The notes beneath the pieces are model-generated. The model saw nothing but the letters and a program-made list of their open reading frames with translations. It made no database searches and was not told where the DNA came from. The position numbers and the translations under genes were made by a program. Below, in pieces: positions 20,401 through 30,298 of a stretch of DNA of 60,268 nt (its first letter is position 1; the number at the start of each line of letters is the position of its first letter). The DNA is from Candidatus Enterousia sp. (GTDB lineage Bacteria; Pseudomonadota; Alphaproteobacteria; Rs-D84), in NCBI GenBank assembly GCA_045593685.1, contig JAZNXD010000021.1, positions 1 to 60,268 on the forward strand, read 5' to 3'.

Positions 20401-21545
20401 ACAAATGGTTTGAACAATTCCAATGCCATCGTTTTTGGAAGTCCTACCTGGTGCAATTTCAGGGTTGGACCCGACACGATAACCGAACGACCGGAATAGT
20501 CTACACGTTTACCCAACATGTTCATACGGAAACGACCCGACTTACCACGCAGGGAATCAGACAATGATTTCAATGGACGACGGTTTTGGGACACCATTGG
20601 ACGTGCCTTGTGCCCGTTGTCGAACAAAGAATCAACCGCTTCTTGTAACATGCGTTTTTCGTTACGAATAATAATATCCGGTGCGTGCATTTCCATAAAG
20701 CGTTTCAAACGATTGTTACGAATAATTACACGACGATACAAATCATTCAGGTCGGATGCCGCAACGTGACCCGCATCCAATGTGACCAATGGACGCATAT
20801 CCGGTGGGATAACGGGGATAATATCCGGTAACATCCACGCCGGTTCGGTCTTGGAATCCAAGAACGCTTCGACCAATTTTAATTGTTTGATTAATGCCTT
20901 GCGCTTGGCTTCGGATTTGGTTTCGGCCAATTCAGCGCGCAAACGTGTACGTTCATCGCCCATATCCAGGTTTGCGATAATGTTACGAACACCTTCGGCA
21001 CCAATGCCAACGCGGAAGGCGTCCGCGCCAAATTCTTCAACGGCGGCCTGGTATTCATCTTCGCTGATGACATCATACTGTTTCAGGTTTGTTAAACCCG
21101 GTTCAATAACAATATATGCATCGTATGAAATAACCTGTTCCAGTTTCTTTTGCGGCAGGTTGTTCAACAATGTTGCGATTTTACCTTCGCGCAGGAACCA
21201 CGTGTGCGCAACAGGCATCGCCAATTTAATGTGCCCCATACGTTCACGACGAACAGATGCAGAACCAACCTCTACACCGCAACGTTCACAGACAACGCCG
21301 CGGAATTTGATTCTTTTATATTTACCACACGCACATTCATAGTCTTTGACCGGTCCAAAAATCTGCTGACAGAACAGACCTTCGGCTTCGGGTTTCATAG
21401 AATGATAGTTGATGGTTTCTGGTTTTTTTACCTCGCCATGGGACCAGGACAAAATTTCTTCGGGGGATGCAATAGTGATACGCAGGGCATCAAATTGTTC
21501 CTTGGTTTCAATTTGTCCGAAAATCTTTTGCAACATATTGCTCAT
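17436..21545 (-). CDS. rpoC: DNA-directed RNA polymerase subunit beta'
   Basis: NADFDGDQM catalytic motif, an N-terminal Zn-binding Cys cluster, 1369 aa. Confidence 0.97.
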   Translation of the reverse strand: MSNMLQKIFGQIETKEQFDALRITIASPEEILSWSHGEVKKPETINYHSMKPEAEGLFCQQIFGPVKDYECACGKYKRIKFRGVVCERCGVEVGSASVRRERMGHIKLAMPVAHTWFLREGKIATLLNNLPQKKLEQVISYDAYIVIEPGLTNLKQYDVISEDEYQAAVEEFGADAFRVGIGAEGVRNIIANLDMGDERTRLRAELAETKSEAKRKALIKQLKLVEAFLDSKTEPAWMLPDIIPVIPPDMRPLVTLDAGHVAASDLNDLYRRVIIRNNRLKRFMEMHAPDIIIRNEKRMLQEAVDSLFDNGHKARPMVSQNRRPLKSLSDSLRGKSGRFRMNMLGKRVDYSGRSVIVSGPTLKLHQVGLPKTMALELFKPFVYARLLAGDYANTLKTARKMVENGEDVVWEILEDVIHEHPVLLNRAPTLHRLSLLAFEPVLIEGKAIRLHPLVCSGFNADFDGDQMSVHVPISLEAQLEARTLMLSSNNVLSPANGAPMIVPSQDMVLGVYYISLINGEHDEKSPRFANMDEVKLALENKTITLHTPIVARINGKIYKTTAGRMILGELLPKSDKMPFDLVNKVMPRSAIKSLLATTYENCGDKAMILLADALKDTGFEQAAFSGISIGYDDIVIPAEKKDMIAQSEKAAEEIEEQYQNGLLSGGERHNKLIDLWQKTTDKLGDMAYAALGKSTGDNWNSIHMMALSEARGSKRQIQQLAGMRGMMQKPDGSIIEVPIISNFKEGLTMSEYFTSTHGARKGMSDTALKTADAGYLTRRLVELAQNTVITEHDCGTTEFITAKPVYTGSTLSVALGDVVLGRTAAHDIVHPISKEVIVPAGELITKAAAKAINESGLPSVDVRSVLTCCSDGLCAKCYGMDLSRNALVHVGEAVGVIAGQSIGEPGTQLTLRTFHIGGIAAGGAESHFIEVPVAGNIKLMDVNTIKNSAGRVVVLSRNGKIAVVDNEGKEMFSCALPYASMLIVNDGDAVEKGAKVAEWDPYSNTIIAEKDGIVNFNDLIENVSYQEEVDSMTGIVSRKVINWKTNTKKALQPAITLVDEKGNVINLGGKKIAEYMLPIYSVLNVANGDTVVAGDILARIPVQAKRTGDITGGLPRVNELLEVRRPTNPALLAEIDGTIELEDAKSKIIIRIEPDDGTAPVEYAVPKGTNLLVRSGDVVKKAEKLVDGDPVPQDILRILGQKALATFMVDQIQQVYRLQGVTINDKHIEILIREMTRRVEITNPGDTGFLMGQVVDRVDFEEENARVARDNGRLAEASQVLVGLTRASLTSRSFISNASFQQTTKVLVDAAISGSTDKLVGINENLIVGRLIPIGTGAYVRRVREIAREEQRAEKLAREGNGQQQLLDI

Positions 21546-21574
21546 TATATTTTGCTCCTTGATAGAATAGTTTT

Positions 21575-21634
21575 TAGTTGTTAGTGGCTAGTGGTTAGGG
21601 TGTGGGGATGTGCCCACACCAATGCTAACAACTA
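21575..21634 (-). promoter_or_regulatory. Long hairpin in the rpoB-rpoC intergenic region
   Basis: Outer 10-bp stem TAGTTGTTAG/CTAACAACTA (includes the rpoB TAG stop) and inner 8-bp stem GGTGTGGG/CCCACACC. Confidence 0.4.
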
Positions 21635-24600
21635 ATCTACTTTCTTGGGTGTCATTGCCAGACCCAATCCACGCAATTCGCGAACGAATACGTTAAAGGC
21701 CTCGGGTGTGCCGGTTTGGATATCATTGCTGCCGGAAATGATGGATTCATACATCTTGTTTCGGCCGGTGATATCGTCAGATTTTACCGTCAACATTTCG
21801 CGCAACAGATGGGCGGCACCGTGGGCCTCGAGTGCCCATACCTCCATTTCTCCCAAACGCTGGCCACCCATGTGGGCCTTACCAGACAATGGCTGTTGCG
21901 TTACCAATGAATAGTTACCGATTGAACGTGCGTGAATCTTTTCATCAACAAAGTGATGCAGTTTCAGCATGTACATAATTCCAACCGTTACCGGACGTGC
22001 AAACTTTTCACCCGTCATACCGTCATACAGGTCAAACTGACCGGTTTCCGGCAAATTCGCCAATTTCAACATAGAACGAATATCTTCGGGGGTCGCACCG
22101 TCAAATGTCGGGGTCGCCATTGGAACACCGTCACGTAACAAGGCCGCCTGGGCACGGACATCAGTATCCGTCATCTTTTCCAGTTTTTCGGCAACTTCTG
22201 GGCCATAAACCTTGCCCATTACGTTACGCAAATCGTCGGTGACGGCGCGTTTTGCACGGACTTCGTCCAAAACCGCACCAATTTGGGCACCCAATGTACG
22301 GGCAGCCATACCAAGGTGGGTTTCCAAAATCTGACCGATATTCATACGTGATGGCACACCCAACGGATTCAATACCAGGTCAACCGGTGTACCGTCCGCC
22401 AAGTGCGGCATGTCTTCGACAGGGACAACCTTGGATACAATACCCTTGTTTCCGTGACGACCCGCCATTTTATCACCCGGCTGCAATTTCATTTTGTGCG
22501 CGATGTATACTTTTACTTCTTTTAATACACCCGCGTTCAGGGAATTGCTTTCGGTGGCCTTGGATACTTCGGCATCCGCTTTTTCGTTCAACAACTTTAA
22601 TTTCAGAACATGCTGTTCACGCAGTTCATCAATTTTACCTTGCGCTTCTTTGTTGTTAACAACCAATTTCTTAACATCCGATGCACGAATACCTTCGAAA
22701 ACTTCGCCCGTCAGTTTTTTGCCAATAAATGGTTTCAAACTGCCCGTGCCGGCTTCGATGACCATGTTTTCCGCAATTTGGAAAATCTGATCTGCAAAAC
22801 CTTTTTCGATGATGGCGATTTCTTCTTCGCGATCTTTGTTAATTTTTTCAATCTTTTGCAGTTCAATCATCTGGGTGCGTTCGTCCTTTTTAACACCGTG
22901 ACGTGTCAGAACGTTTACACCGATAACCGTACCTTCTTCGTTTGGTCCAACGCGCAGTGATGTATCCTTAACATTTAAGGCCTTTTCACCAAAGATATTA
23001 CGCAACAGCGCTTCTTCGGGGGTCAATAATGTTTCGGACTTTGGTGTTACACGACCAACCAAGATGTCGCCCTGTTTCACGCGTGCACCAACATAGATAA
23101 TACCGGATTCGTCCAGATTCTTTAACGCTTCTTCGCCAACGTTCGGGATATCGCGTGTCAATGATTCTGGGCCCAACTGGGTATCGCGAACCTTGAATTC
23201 CTTTTCAACGATTTTTACAGATGTAAATACGTCGTCACGGGAAATACGTTCGGAAATAACGATAGAGTCTTCATAGTTGTATCCACGCCATGGCATAAAT
23301 GCAACCAATACGTTACGACCCAACGCCAAATCACCATAGTTCATAGAAGAACCGTCCGCAATAATGTCGCCCGCAGAAATGCGATCGCCAACCTTGACCA
23401 ATGGTTTTTGGTGGATGATTGTTTCACTGTTGGAACGTTCAAATTTTTCCAGGTTGTAAATATCAACACCGGTCACGACGTTACGACTGTTCATACATTT
23501 TACCACGATACGGTTTGCATCAACAGATTCAACGACGCCGCTGTGTTTTGCAACCTTACCCGTGCGGGAATCACGTGCCACTTCGCGTTCAATACCGGTT
23601 CCGACCAATGGGGCCTGGACACGTAATAATGGAACGGCCTGGCGCTGCATGTTCGAACCCATCAAGGCACGGTTCGCGTCGTCGTTTTCAACGAACGGAA
23701 TCAAACCGGTCGCAATGGATACCACCTGGCGTGGTTCTACGTCGATTAAGTCAACTTCGTCCTTGGGCACCATGGTAAATTCGCCATCAACACGTGCGGT
23801 TACCGTATCTTCGGACAAAACACCGTCTTTGGTTGTTGGGGTGTTACCCTGGGCAATTTTGTGACCCAATTCTTCATCGGCGGTCAGGTAAACCATCTTG
23901 TCCGTAACACGACCATTTTCAACAACATAGTATGGTGTTTCAATAAAGCCGTATGGATTTACACGTGCATACGATGACAGGTGGTTAATCAGACCAATAT
24001 TCGCACCTTCGGGTGTATGAATTGGGCATAAACGACCATAATGTGTTGGATGAACGTCGCGGACGTCAATGCCGGCACGTTCACGGTTCAAGCCACCGGG
24101 ACCCAGCGCGGAAATACGACGCTTGTGTTCCAATTCGGACAGCGGATTATACGCATCCATAAACTGGGACAACTGGGACGTGCCCAAGAATTCAGATACC
24201 AATGACATTAATGGCTTTACATTAATAACATCCTGGGGCTGCATATTGGCAATGTTCTGTGACGACAGCGCTTCGCGAACCAGGCGTTCAATACGGACCA
24301 TACCGGTACGGAAATTCTGTTCCAGCAATTCACCAACCGTGCGAACACGACGATTTGACAGGTTGTCAATATCATCAACATTGTCTTTGCGATCGATGAT
24401 GTTTGTCAATGTCTTTAATACCGCCAAGAAGTCGGATTTGGTCAATAAACGTTCGTCTTCTGGCTTTTTACCGGAATCGATTTTCAAACGTTTGTTCATT
24501 TTGAAACGACCAACCGCAGATAAATCATAATACGCAGGTTCAAATCCCTGGCGCAGGAACAGATTAATCGCCGCTTCTAGTGTTGGACGTTCACCCGGAC

Positions 24601-25765
24601 GGATAATGTTATAAACTTCGATCAGGGCTTCTTCACGATTGGTTGTTTTGTCCGCCAACAATGTGTTGCGCATATGTGCACTGATTGTGGCGTTATCGAT
24701 TGAAATCAAACTGATTTCTTTGACGTTCATTTTATCCAGATCGTTCAGGACTTCTTCGGTGATTTCCGTACCCGATGGGAATACGACTTCTTCGCCCGAC
24801 ATAATCGGATCAAACAGATATTCACCAATCAAAGATTCTGGCAGGATACCAAATTCTTTGGTTTCCATCAATTTCTTCATACGTTTGGCATTTAAACGAT
24901 CGCCCTTGGATGCGATAACCTTTTTATCCTTGGGATCAATCAAATCATAGTTCAAACGATATTTATCCAAACCGTTGAAATCAGATGTGGCGCCCGTCCA
25001 CATTTTGCCGTTGAATTTCAATCCAATGCGGTTATAGAAGGTGCCCAAAATTTCTGTGTCAGACATACCACGGATTGATGGTTTGCGTGGATCCGCAATC
25101 CATTTCTTTTCATCTTCGGCAGACGGCAGGCAACGCAACAGAACAGTTGCAGGAACCTTGCGGCGACGGTCAATACGCACATAAATCACGCCCTTGGATT
25201 CTTCGAAATCAATCCATGATCCATGTTCTGGGATAATACGCGCGGTATATGTAATAGGATTGCCGGCAACCTTGGCTTCTTTGGTTGTTGCAAACACAAC
25301 GCCCTGGGCACGATGCATCTGGGATACGATAACACGTTCAACACCCGATGCGATAAAGCTGCCGCGTTCGGTCATTAACGGCACTTCGCCCATAAATATT
25401 TCTTGTTCTTTGATATCACGCAGGGTCTTTTTACCATCTTCTGCGATATCCCATAAAATCAATCTCAGCTTCAGTTTCAACTTGCTGGAATATGTCATGT
25501 TGCGCAACATGCATTCTTTTACATTGTAAACAGGTTTGTCCAATGTATATTCCACAAATTCCAGGTCGGCAATGCCGGCATAGTCTTTGATTGGGAACAT
25601 AGACGAGAATACATTTTGCAGTCCCATATTTTTGCGGGACTGGGGGTCAACATCTGCCTGCAAGAAGTCTTTGTAGGAATTATATTGAATTTCAACTAAA
25701 TCAGGAAGCGGAGTTTGCAAAAAACTTTTACCAAAAGATTTTCTAAGTTTCTGGATAACTGCCAT
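21632..25765 (-). CDS. rpoB: DNA-directed RNA polymerase subunit beta
   Basis: Conserved RpoB blocks ([22 protein letters not shown]). ATG 25765 ([20 protein letters not shown]) is preferred over the track start 25831. Confidence 0.97.
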   Translation of the reverse strand: MAVIQKLRKSFGKSFLQTPLPDLVEIQYNSYKDFLQADVDPQSRKNMGLQNVFSSMFPIKDYAGIADLEFVEYTLDKPVYNVKECMLRNMTYSSKLKLKLRLILWDIAEDGKKTLRDIKEQEIFMGEVPLMTERGSFIASGVERVIVSQMHRAQGVVFATTKEAKVAGNPITYTARIIPEHGSWIDFEESKGVIYVRIDRRRKVPATVLLRCLPSAEDEKKWIADPRKPSIRGMSDTEILGTFYNRIGLKFNGKMWTGATSDFNGLDKYRLNYDLIDPKDKKVIASKGDRLNAKRMKKLMETKEFGILPESLIGEYLFDPIMSGEEVVFPSGTEITEEVLNDLDKMNVKEISLISIDNATISAHMRNTLLADKTTNREEALIEVYNIIRPGERPTLEAAINLFLRQGFEPAYYDLSAVGRFKMNKRLKIDSGKKPEDERLLTKSDFLAVLKTLTNIIDRKDNVDDIDNLSNRRVRTVGELLEQNFRTGMVRIERLVREALSSQNIANMQPQDVINVKPLMSLVSEFLGTSQLSQFMDAYNPLSELEHKRRISALGPGGLNRERAGIDVRDVHPTHYGRLCPIHTPEGANIGLINHLSSYARVNPYGFIETPYYVVENGRVTDKMVYLTADEELGHKIAQGNTPTTKDGVLSEDTVTARVDGEFTMVPKDEVDLIDVEPRQVVSIATGLIPFVENDDANRALMGSNMQRQAVPLLRVQAPLVGTGIEREVARDSRTGKVAKHSGVVESVDANRIVVKCMNSRNVVTGVDIYNLEKFERSNSETIIHQKPLVKVGDRISAGDIIADGSSMNYGDLALGRNVLVAFMPWRGYNYEDSIVISERISRDDVFTSVKIVEKEFKVRDTQLGPESLTRDIPNVGEEALKNLDESGIIYVGARVKQGDILVGRVTPKSETLLTPEEALLRNIFGEKALNVKDTSLRVGPNEEGTVIGVNVLTRHGVKKDERTQMIELQKIEKINKDREEEIAIIEKGFADQIFQIAENMVIEAGTGSLKPFIGKKLTGEVFEGIRASDVKKLVVNNKEAQGKIDELREQHVLKLKLLNEKADAEVSKATESNSLNAGVLKEVKVYIAHKMKLQPGDKMAGRHGNKGIVSKVVPVEDMPHLADGTPVDLVLNPLGVPSRMNIGQILETHLGMAARTLGAQIGAVLDEVRAKRAVTDDLRNVMGKVYGPEVAEKLEKMTDTDVRAQAALLRDGVPMATPTFDGATPEDIRSMLKLANLPETGQFDLYDGMTGEKFARPVTVGIMYMLKLHHFVDEKIHARSIGNYSLVTQQPLSGKAHMGGQRLGEMEVWALEAHGAAHLLREMLTVKSDDITGRNKMYESIISGSNDIQTGTPEAFNVFVRELRGLGLAMTPKKVD

Positions 25766-25960
25766 CGGTTTTAATCCTTTTTTCTGTGCGTTTTGCAAAC
25801 ATAGCAGGGCAAAAAGAAAATTCTTAAACAAATTGTGAATAAATTTTATAAAATCTGTACGACAACTAAAATTTTATTTGTTAATTATCGCGTCACAATT
25901 TATCTAATAATCTCCTTTTTGCCCGGCTTTTGTCTTACTTGTGTCTTTTTACGCCTTTGT

Positions 25961-26042
25961 GCCCGCATGGGATTTTCATCCCACGCGGGCGGCGTTTTGT
26001 CATATTTTCATATGACGTATGTTAGTGCGAACCATATGGTTC
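25961..26042 (-). promoter_or_regulatory. rplL-rpoB intergenic hairpins (candidate attenuator or processing site)
   Basis: GCCCGC.TGGGA-loop-TCCCA.GCGGGC hairpin at 25961-25990 and the perfect palindrome GAACCATATGGTTC at 26029-26042. Confidence 0.4.
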
Positions 26043-26054
26043 AGAAAAGTTAAA

Positions 26055-26420
26055 TTATTTCAATTCAACCTTTGCACCAGCAGCTTCTAAGGAAGCTTTC
26101 AATTTTTCGGCTTCGTCTTTGGCCAAGGCTTCTTTAACAGCCTTAGGTGCAGATTCAACCAAGGCCTTGGCTTCGCCCAAGCCTAAGCCTGTGGCTTCTT
26201 TAACAGCCTTGATAACTGCCAATTTGTTTGCGCCAACTTCGGCCAAGATTACGTCAAATTCAGACTTTTCTTCGGCGGCTGCGGCAACAGGACCAGCGGC
26301 AACTGCAACAGCAGCAGCGGCGCTAACGCCCCATGTTTCTTCTAATGCTTTGGACAGTTCAACTGCTTCCAAAACGGTCAATTTTGACAATTCTTCAACT
26401 AATTTCTGAATGTCTGCCAT
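26055..26420 (-). CDS. rplL: 50S ribosomal protein L7/L12
   Basis: Ala-rich hinge and a C-terminal domain reading [22 protein letters not shown]. Confidence 0.95.
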   Translation of the reverse strand: MADIQKLVEELSKLTVLEAVELSKALEETWGVSAAAAVAVAAGPVAAAAEEKSEFDVILAEVGANKLAVIKAVKEATGLGLGEAKALVESAPKAVKEALAKDEAEKLKASLEAAGAKVELK

Positions 26421-26467
26421 TTTATTACTCCTAAGTTTGTTTAGGTCAGAATATCGCTATTCTGATT

Positions 26468-26947
26468 TTATTGTTCTTTTTTTCCATACTCTGCAGAAAC
26501 GCGTGCAAGACGTGATCCCGGTTCAACCAAGATACGCGCAATAGTGCCACGGATTTCCAACAGGGAAGGAAGCTTGGATAATTGCAATACGCCGTCCGCA
26601 TTCAGGACGTCTGCATCCATTTTACCGCCCAAAATTGTCAAATTTGGATGTTCATCTGCAAATTTGGCCAATACCTTGGTAACCGCCAAACCATCAGTTG
26701 CAACCGCAACCGCAGTCGGACGACGCAGCATATCGGATACCGGTTCGAATTCGGTGTCTTTTAACGCCAATTTCATCAAACGGTTTTTAACAACCTTGAA
26801 TACAGAAACCAATGGGCGCAATTCATTACGCAGGGTTTCTAATTCACGTACAGTCAAACCGTTGTTTTCAATTACGAAAACACCGTTCGCTTCTTTCAGG
26901 GACGACTGCAACGCTGAAATCAGATCTGATTTTTCTTCGCGTTTCAT
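26468..26947 (-). CDS. rplJ: 50S ribosomal protein L10
   Basis: Synteny between rplA and rplL, and an L10-like sequence (LRNELR...FKVVKNRL). Confidence 0.92.
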   Translation of the reverse strand: MKREEKSDLISALQSSLKEANGVFVIENNGLTVRELETLRNELRPLVSVFKVVKNRLMKLALKDTEFEPVSDMLRRPTAVAVATDGLAVTKVLAKFADEHPNLTILGGKMDADVLNADGVLQLSKLPSLLEIRGTIARILVEPGSRLARVSAEYGKKEQ

Positions 26948-27128
26948 CTATTTTTCCTTCAAGCTTCTGTTTTGTTAACTATCCATCCGGGGTTCCCCGG
27001 GTGGGGCCATGGTTCCTGCCCCAAAGAATTTTTTCTTTGTCTATGATGGAAATTAAGTGTTACCACACCATCAGTCTTGGACAGAAATCTGTTTTTGCGA
27101 CCAAGCACACATGCCCGGTCGCAATTAA
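26948..27128 (-). promoter_or_regulatory. Probable L10 (rplJ) autoregulatory leader
   Basis: A 180-nt GC-rich structured untranslated region between rplA and rplJ, at the position of the known L10 leader. Confidence 0.4.
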
Positions 27129-27803
27129 TTATTTTGCATCAACCTTTAAACCAGGTCCCTGGGTTGTCGCAACGGAAATACCCAAGATATACTGACCCTT
27201 GGAAGATGCAGGTTTAACCTTTTTCAACTGGTCAATCAAGGCGTTGGCATTTTCAACCAATTTATCGGTCGCAAATGACATTTTACCAATACCCGCGTGG
27301 ATGATACCCTTCTTTTCTGCACGGTATTCAATCTGACCCGCCTTGGCGGTCGCAACCGCTTCGGCAACGTTGTTTGTAACCGTACCCAATTTTGGATTCG
27401 GCATTAAACCCTTGGGGCCCAAAACACGTGCAATCTTTGACATTTTTGGCATCATATCCGGCGTCGCAATTACGCGATCAAAATTGATATTGCCGGCCGC
27501 AACAGAATCAATCAAATCTGCACCACCAACAACATCGGCACCGGCCTTTTTCGCTTCGTCCGCAGCGTTTTCAGTAAATACCGCAACGCGTACAGATTTA
27601 CCCGTGCCATTTGGCAGGGACAACATACCACGAATATTCTGGTCAGCCTTGGTAACATCGATGCCCAAACGAACAGCGATTTCCAATGTTTCATCAAATT
27701 TCTTGGATGTGTATTCACGCAATGCGTCAATCGCTTCGGCCAAAGAATAAACTTTGTCCGTGTCCAAGTTTTTCCAAGTTTGCTGTTTCTTAGTTAATTT
27801 CAT
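27129..27803 (-). CDS. rplA: 50S ribosomal protein L1
   Basis: L1 pattern (FDETLEIAVRLGID, GPKGLMPNPK). Confidence 0.95.
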   Translation of the reverse strand: MKLTKKQQTWKNLDTDKVYSLAEAIDALREYTSKKFDETLEIAVRLGIDVTKADQNIRGMLSLPNGTGKSVRVAVFTENAADEAKKAGADVVGGADLIDSVAAGNINFDRVIATPDMMPKMSKIARVLGPKGLMPNPKLGTVTNNVAEAVATAKAGQIEYRAEKKGIIHAGIGKMSFATDKLVENANALIDQLKKVKPASSKGQYILGISVATTQGPGLKVDAK

Positions 27804-27807
27804 GATA

Positions 27808-28239
27808 TTACTCCTCTACCTTTACGCCCATAGAACGGCACTGACCCGCAACGATATTCATAGCAGATTCAATGGAAGAGCAATTCAAGTCCGGCATTTT
27901 GGCTTCGGCAATTTCTTTTAATTGCGCCTGGGAAATTGTACCCACAAAATCACGCCCCGGTTTATGGGAACCGATTTTCAACTTTAATGCCTTTTTAATA
28001 TAATATGACACCGGTGGCAATTTCATAATAAATTCGAAACTGCGGTCCGTGTAAACAGTGATAATACATGGAATCGGCATACCCGGTTCTTTATCAGATG
28101 TTTTGTCATTAAACTGTTTGCAGAATTCTGCGATGTTAACACCAGCAGCACCCAACGCCGGACCAATAGGAGGCGCAGGATTAGCCTGTTTTGCAGGGAC
28201 GACCAATTTGCCCAATCCCTTAACTTCTTTCTTTGCCAT
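27808..28239 (-). CDS. rplK: 50S ribosomal protein L11
   Basis: L11 pattern ([19 protein letters not shown]). Confidence 0.95.
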   Translation of the reverse strand: MAKKEVKGLGKLVVPAKQANPAPPIGPALGAAGVNIAEFCKQFNDKTSDKEPGMPIPCIITVYTDRSFEFIMKLPPVSYYIKKALKLKIGSHKPGRDFVGTISQAQLKEIAEAKMPDLNCSSIESAMNIVAGQCRSMGVKVEE

Positions 28240-28353
28240 TTTTCACTCCGTTTTTTTCGTTTGTGTCGTGGTACGATATGGCGTATCTACCACGGTTTGC
28301 TGTGATTTTACATGATATTTTTCAGAAAACCACAAAAATCTTTATTCTTTTTG

Positions 28354-28887
28354 TTAAACCCGTTCGACCTGTTCAAATTCCAATTCCATGCTGGTTTCGC
28401 GCCCAAACACCAGAACCGTCACGGTCATCTTCTGTTTAACATTATCAACTTCGGACGCAATACCGTTAAAGCCCGCAAACGGACCATCGATAACATGCAC
28501 CTCTTGCCCGACTTCGTACATAACATCTTCGGTAACAACGGAACCTTCTTCGACCTGTTTCATCAGACGATGGGCTTCGGCCTCGGTCACGGCAATAGGT
28601 TTATTGCGCGCACCCAAGAACATTACAACCTGGGGAATCTGCTTGACCAATGTGAACGTTTCATTGTTCATAACCATTTGAACAACGATATAACCCGGGA
28701 AGAATTTTCTTTCGGCCTTGACACGCTTGCCCGCCTTAATTTCGGTCACTTCGCGGGTCGGAACCATAATTTCACCAAACAAAGCATTCAGGCGACGTTT
28801 GTCAATCTGTTCGCGCAAACCACGCGCAACCTTGTCTTCACAGCCCGTATGAACATTTACAACAAACCACTGCATTTTATCTTCCAT
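28354..28887 (-). CDS. nusG: Transcription termination/antitermination factor NusG
   Basis: NGN domain (WFVVNVHTGCEDKV) and a KOW motif (GPFAGFNG). Lies in secE-nusG-rplK synteny. Confidence 0.93.
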   Translation of the reverse strand: MEDKMQWFVVNVHTGCEDKVARGLREQIDKRRLNALFGEIMVPTREVTEIKAGKRVKAERKFFPGYIVVQMVMNNETFTLVKQIPQVVMFLGARNKPIAVTEAEAHRLMKQVEEGSVVTEDVMYEVGQEVHVIDGPFAGFNGIASEVDNVKQKMTVTVLVFGRETSMELEFEQVERV

Positions 28888-28914
28888 TTTACGTTCCCTT
28901 TGCTTGTTTAAACC

Positions 28915-29094
28915 TTAGAACACCCAACCAACAATCGCGTTTAAAATACTGTCCACAATAAAGAAGAACAGTGCGGCAACCGCAGAAAACACCAAAATCA
29001 TGATTGTTGCACGAACAACAGCGTCGCGCGACGGCCAAACAACCTTGAACCATTCGCTGCGCACAGACTTAAAAAAATCCAGTATCTTTTTCAT
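28915..29094 (-). CDS. secE: Preprotein translocase subunit SecE
   Basis: Hand-translated 59 aa: MKKILDFFKSVRSEWFKVVWPSRDAVVRATIMILVFSAVAALFFFIVDSILNAIVGWVF (E.KKV.WP motif plus a single TM helix). Below the track cutoff. Confidence 0.85.
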   Translation of the reverse strand: MKKILDFFKSVRSEWFKVVWPSRDAVVRATIMILVFSAVAALFFFIVDSILNAIVGWVF

Positions 29095-29124
29095 AAAAAT
29101 CGCCCAAAATTACGTAATTTTAAC

Positions 29125-29143
29125 TGGCAGGGGCAGAAGGAAT
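29125..29143 (-). repeat. Exact 19-nt duplicate of the tRNA-Trp 3' end (att-like direct repeat)
   Basis: TGGCAGGGGCAGAAGGAAT occurs at 29125-29143 and again at 29294-29312 inside tRNA-Trp. Confidence 0.8.
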
Positions 29144-29293
29144 GTTCGCCTACGCTCACCACTCGTACCGGTTTCGTTTCGCCAACGCTTACGAAACCTT
29201 ACTCGTATGCGAACCCAACATTTTATTATTCGGGTTCAATTCCATCGCCCCAGCTTTTCCAAAACACACCCACGGTTATGTTTTGAAAAATCT

Positions 29294-29367
29294 TGGCAGG
29301 GGCAGAAGGAATCGAACCCTCATCCGCGGTTTTGGAGACCGATATTCTACCGTTGAACTATGCCCCT
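29294..29367 (-). tRNA. tRNA-Trp: tRNA-Trp (anticodon CCA), CCA end encoded
   Basis: Reverse complement AGGGGCATAGTTCAACGGTAGAATATCGGTCTCCAAAACCGCGGATGAGGGTTCGATTCCTTCTGCCCCTGCCA folds as a cloverleaf with anticodon loop CTCCAAA. Canonical position upstream of secE. Confidence 0.92.
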
Positions 29368-29533
29368 GAATAGACCGTAACCACACCCGTCGGGTACACC
29401 ACAGTCTGCGACAGGATAGCACACCGACATAAAAAATCAAGTGGAAATATTATAATGTTTTTTCTTTTTTCACACAAGAACATTTTTATGCACGTAAAAC
29501 TTTTTATTGTTCAGACACAGGTTAAATTTTTCC

Positions 29534-29563
29534 TTGCATACGGGGTATTTTTTTGTCTACAAT
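29534..29563 (+). promoter_or_regulatory. Putative sigma70 promoter of the virB8-like operon (TTGCAT-18 nt-TACAAT)
   Basis: TTGCAT at 29534-29539 and TACAAT at 29558-29563, followed by SD GAGAGG and GTG 29589. Confidence 0.35.
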
Positions 29564-30287
29564 CAACATAATTAAGAGAGAGGAAATTGTGCAAAACCGC
29601 GTAGAACCGCCTGTTTTATTATCCAGATTAATGACGTTCGTGTTGGCGGGCGCACTGGTTGCGTTGGGGGCGTTGGGGGTAACATTGTATAAAATGTTCC
29701 CGTTGAATCGTCCGCAGGTATTCTTTTTAACAACCGAAGTGCGTGACGATTTAAACGTAAAATTGGTTGAACTGCCGCCGGAAAGCACCTATCTAGACAC
29801 ATACAAGACAGCATTTGTACGCGAATATATACGACACAGAAACGAAGTGTTTACAAATCCGACGGTTATGCAAAAAAAATGGAACGCCCAGGATGGTATC
29901 GTTCGCATAACATCCACAGACGATGTTTATGCCAATCTGATTGGGACCAGTATGTTCCGTGCGATTATGAGCGGTATGCCCGGCTTTGATTTCCATTGTC
30001 CGGTTAATTTTGACGGGGCGCCCATGCGGATGACAGATACCGCCACGCGTGAAGTTTACTATTTAACAAAAATCAGATACTTTTGTACGGACAATAATAC
30101 TGGACAGACAACACCAAAAGATTATACAATCAAAATGAAAATTGACGACGAGGCAAGCAAACCGCTAAGATGGGTTGACAGAATTGAAAACCCGCTGGGG
30201 TTGCGTGTAACAGAATACACGATTGTCGAAGGCGACGGCGACCCGTTGAACACCGGATTCCGTGGGGCGCCACAAAAGATAGAATAG
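29553..30287 (+). CDS. virB8: VirB8/TrbF-like type IV secretion inner-membrane protein
   Basis: Short cytoplasmic N-terminus, one TM helix (LMTFVLAGALVALGALGVTL), then FPLNRPQVFFLTTE and a FVREYIRHRNEV pattern typical of the VirB8 periplasmic NTF2-like domain. The likely true start is GTG 29589, downstream of the predicted -10. Confidence 0.65.
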   Translation: MSTINIIKREEIVQNRVEPPVLLSRLMTFVLAGALVALGALGVTLYKMFPLNRPQVFFLTTEVRDDLNVKLVELPPESTYLDTYKTAFVREYIRHRNEVFTNPTVMQKKWNAQDGIVRITSTDDVYANLIGTSMFRAIMSGMPGFDFHCPVNFDGAPMRMTDTATREVYYLTKIRYFCTDNNTGQTTPKDYTIKMKIDDEASKPLRWVDRIENPLGLRVTEYTIVEGDGDPLNTGFRGAPQKIE

Positions 30288-30298
30288 GAAGGATTGGC

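Noticed and set aside
28312-28911. 199-aa plus-strand ORF
   Set aside because: It is antisense to nusG.
29144-29293. A second tRNA or tRNA fragment on the plus strand (GGGTTCAATTCC string at about 29231-29242)
   Set aside because: The flanking bases do not form a T-stem or an acceptor stem, so the resemblance to a T-loop is only local.
29000-29369. ORFs of 118 aa and 75 aa on the plus strand
   Set aside because: They overlap secE, the tRNA-Trp duplicate and tRNA-Trp itself. The region is explained by those features.
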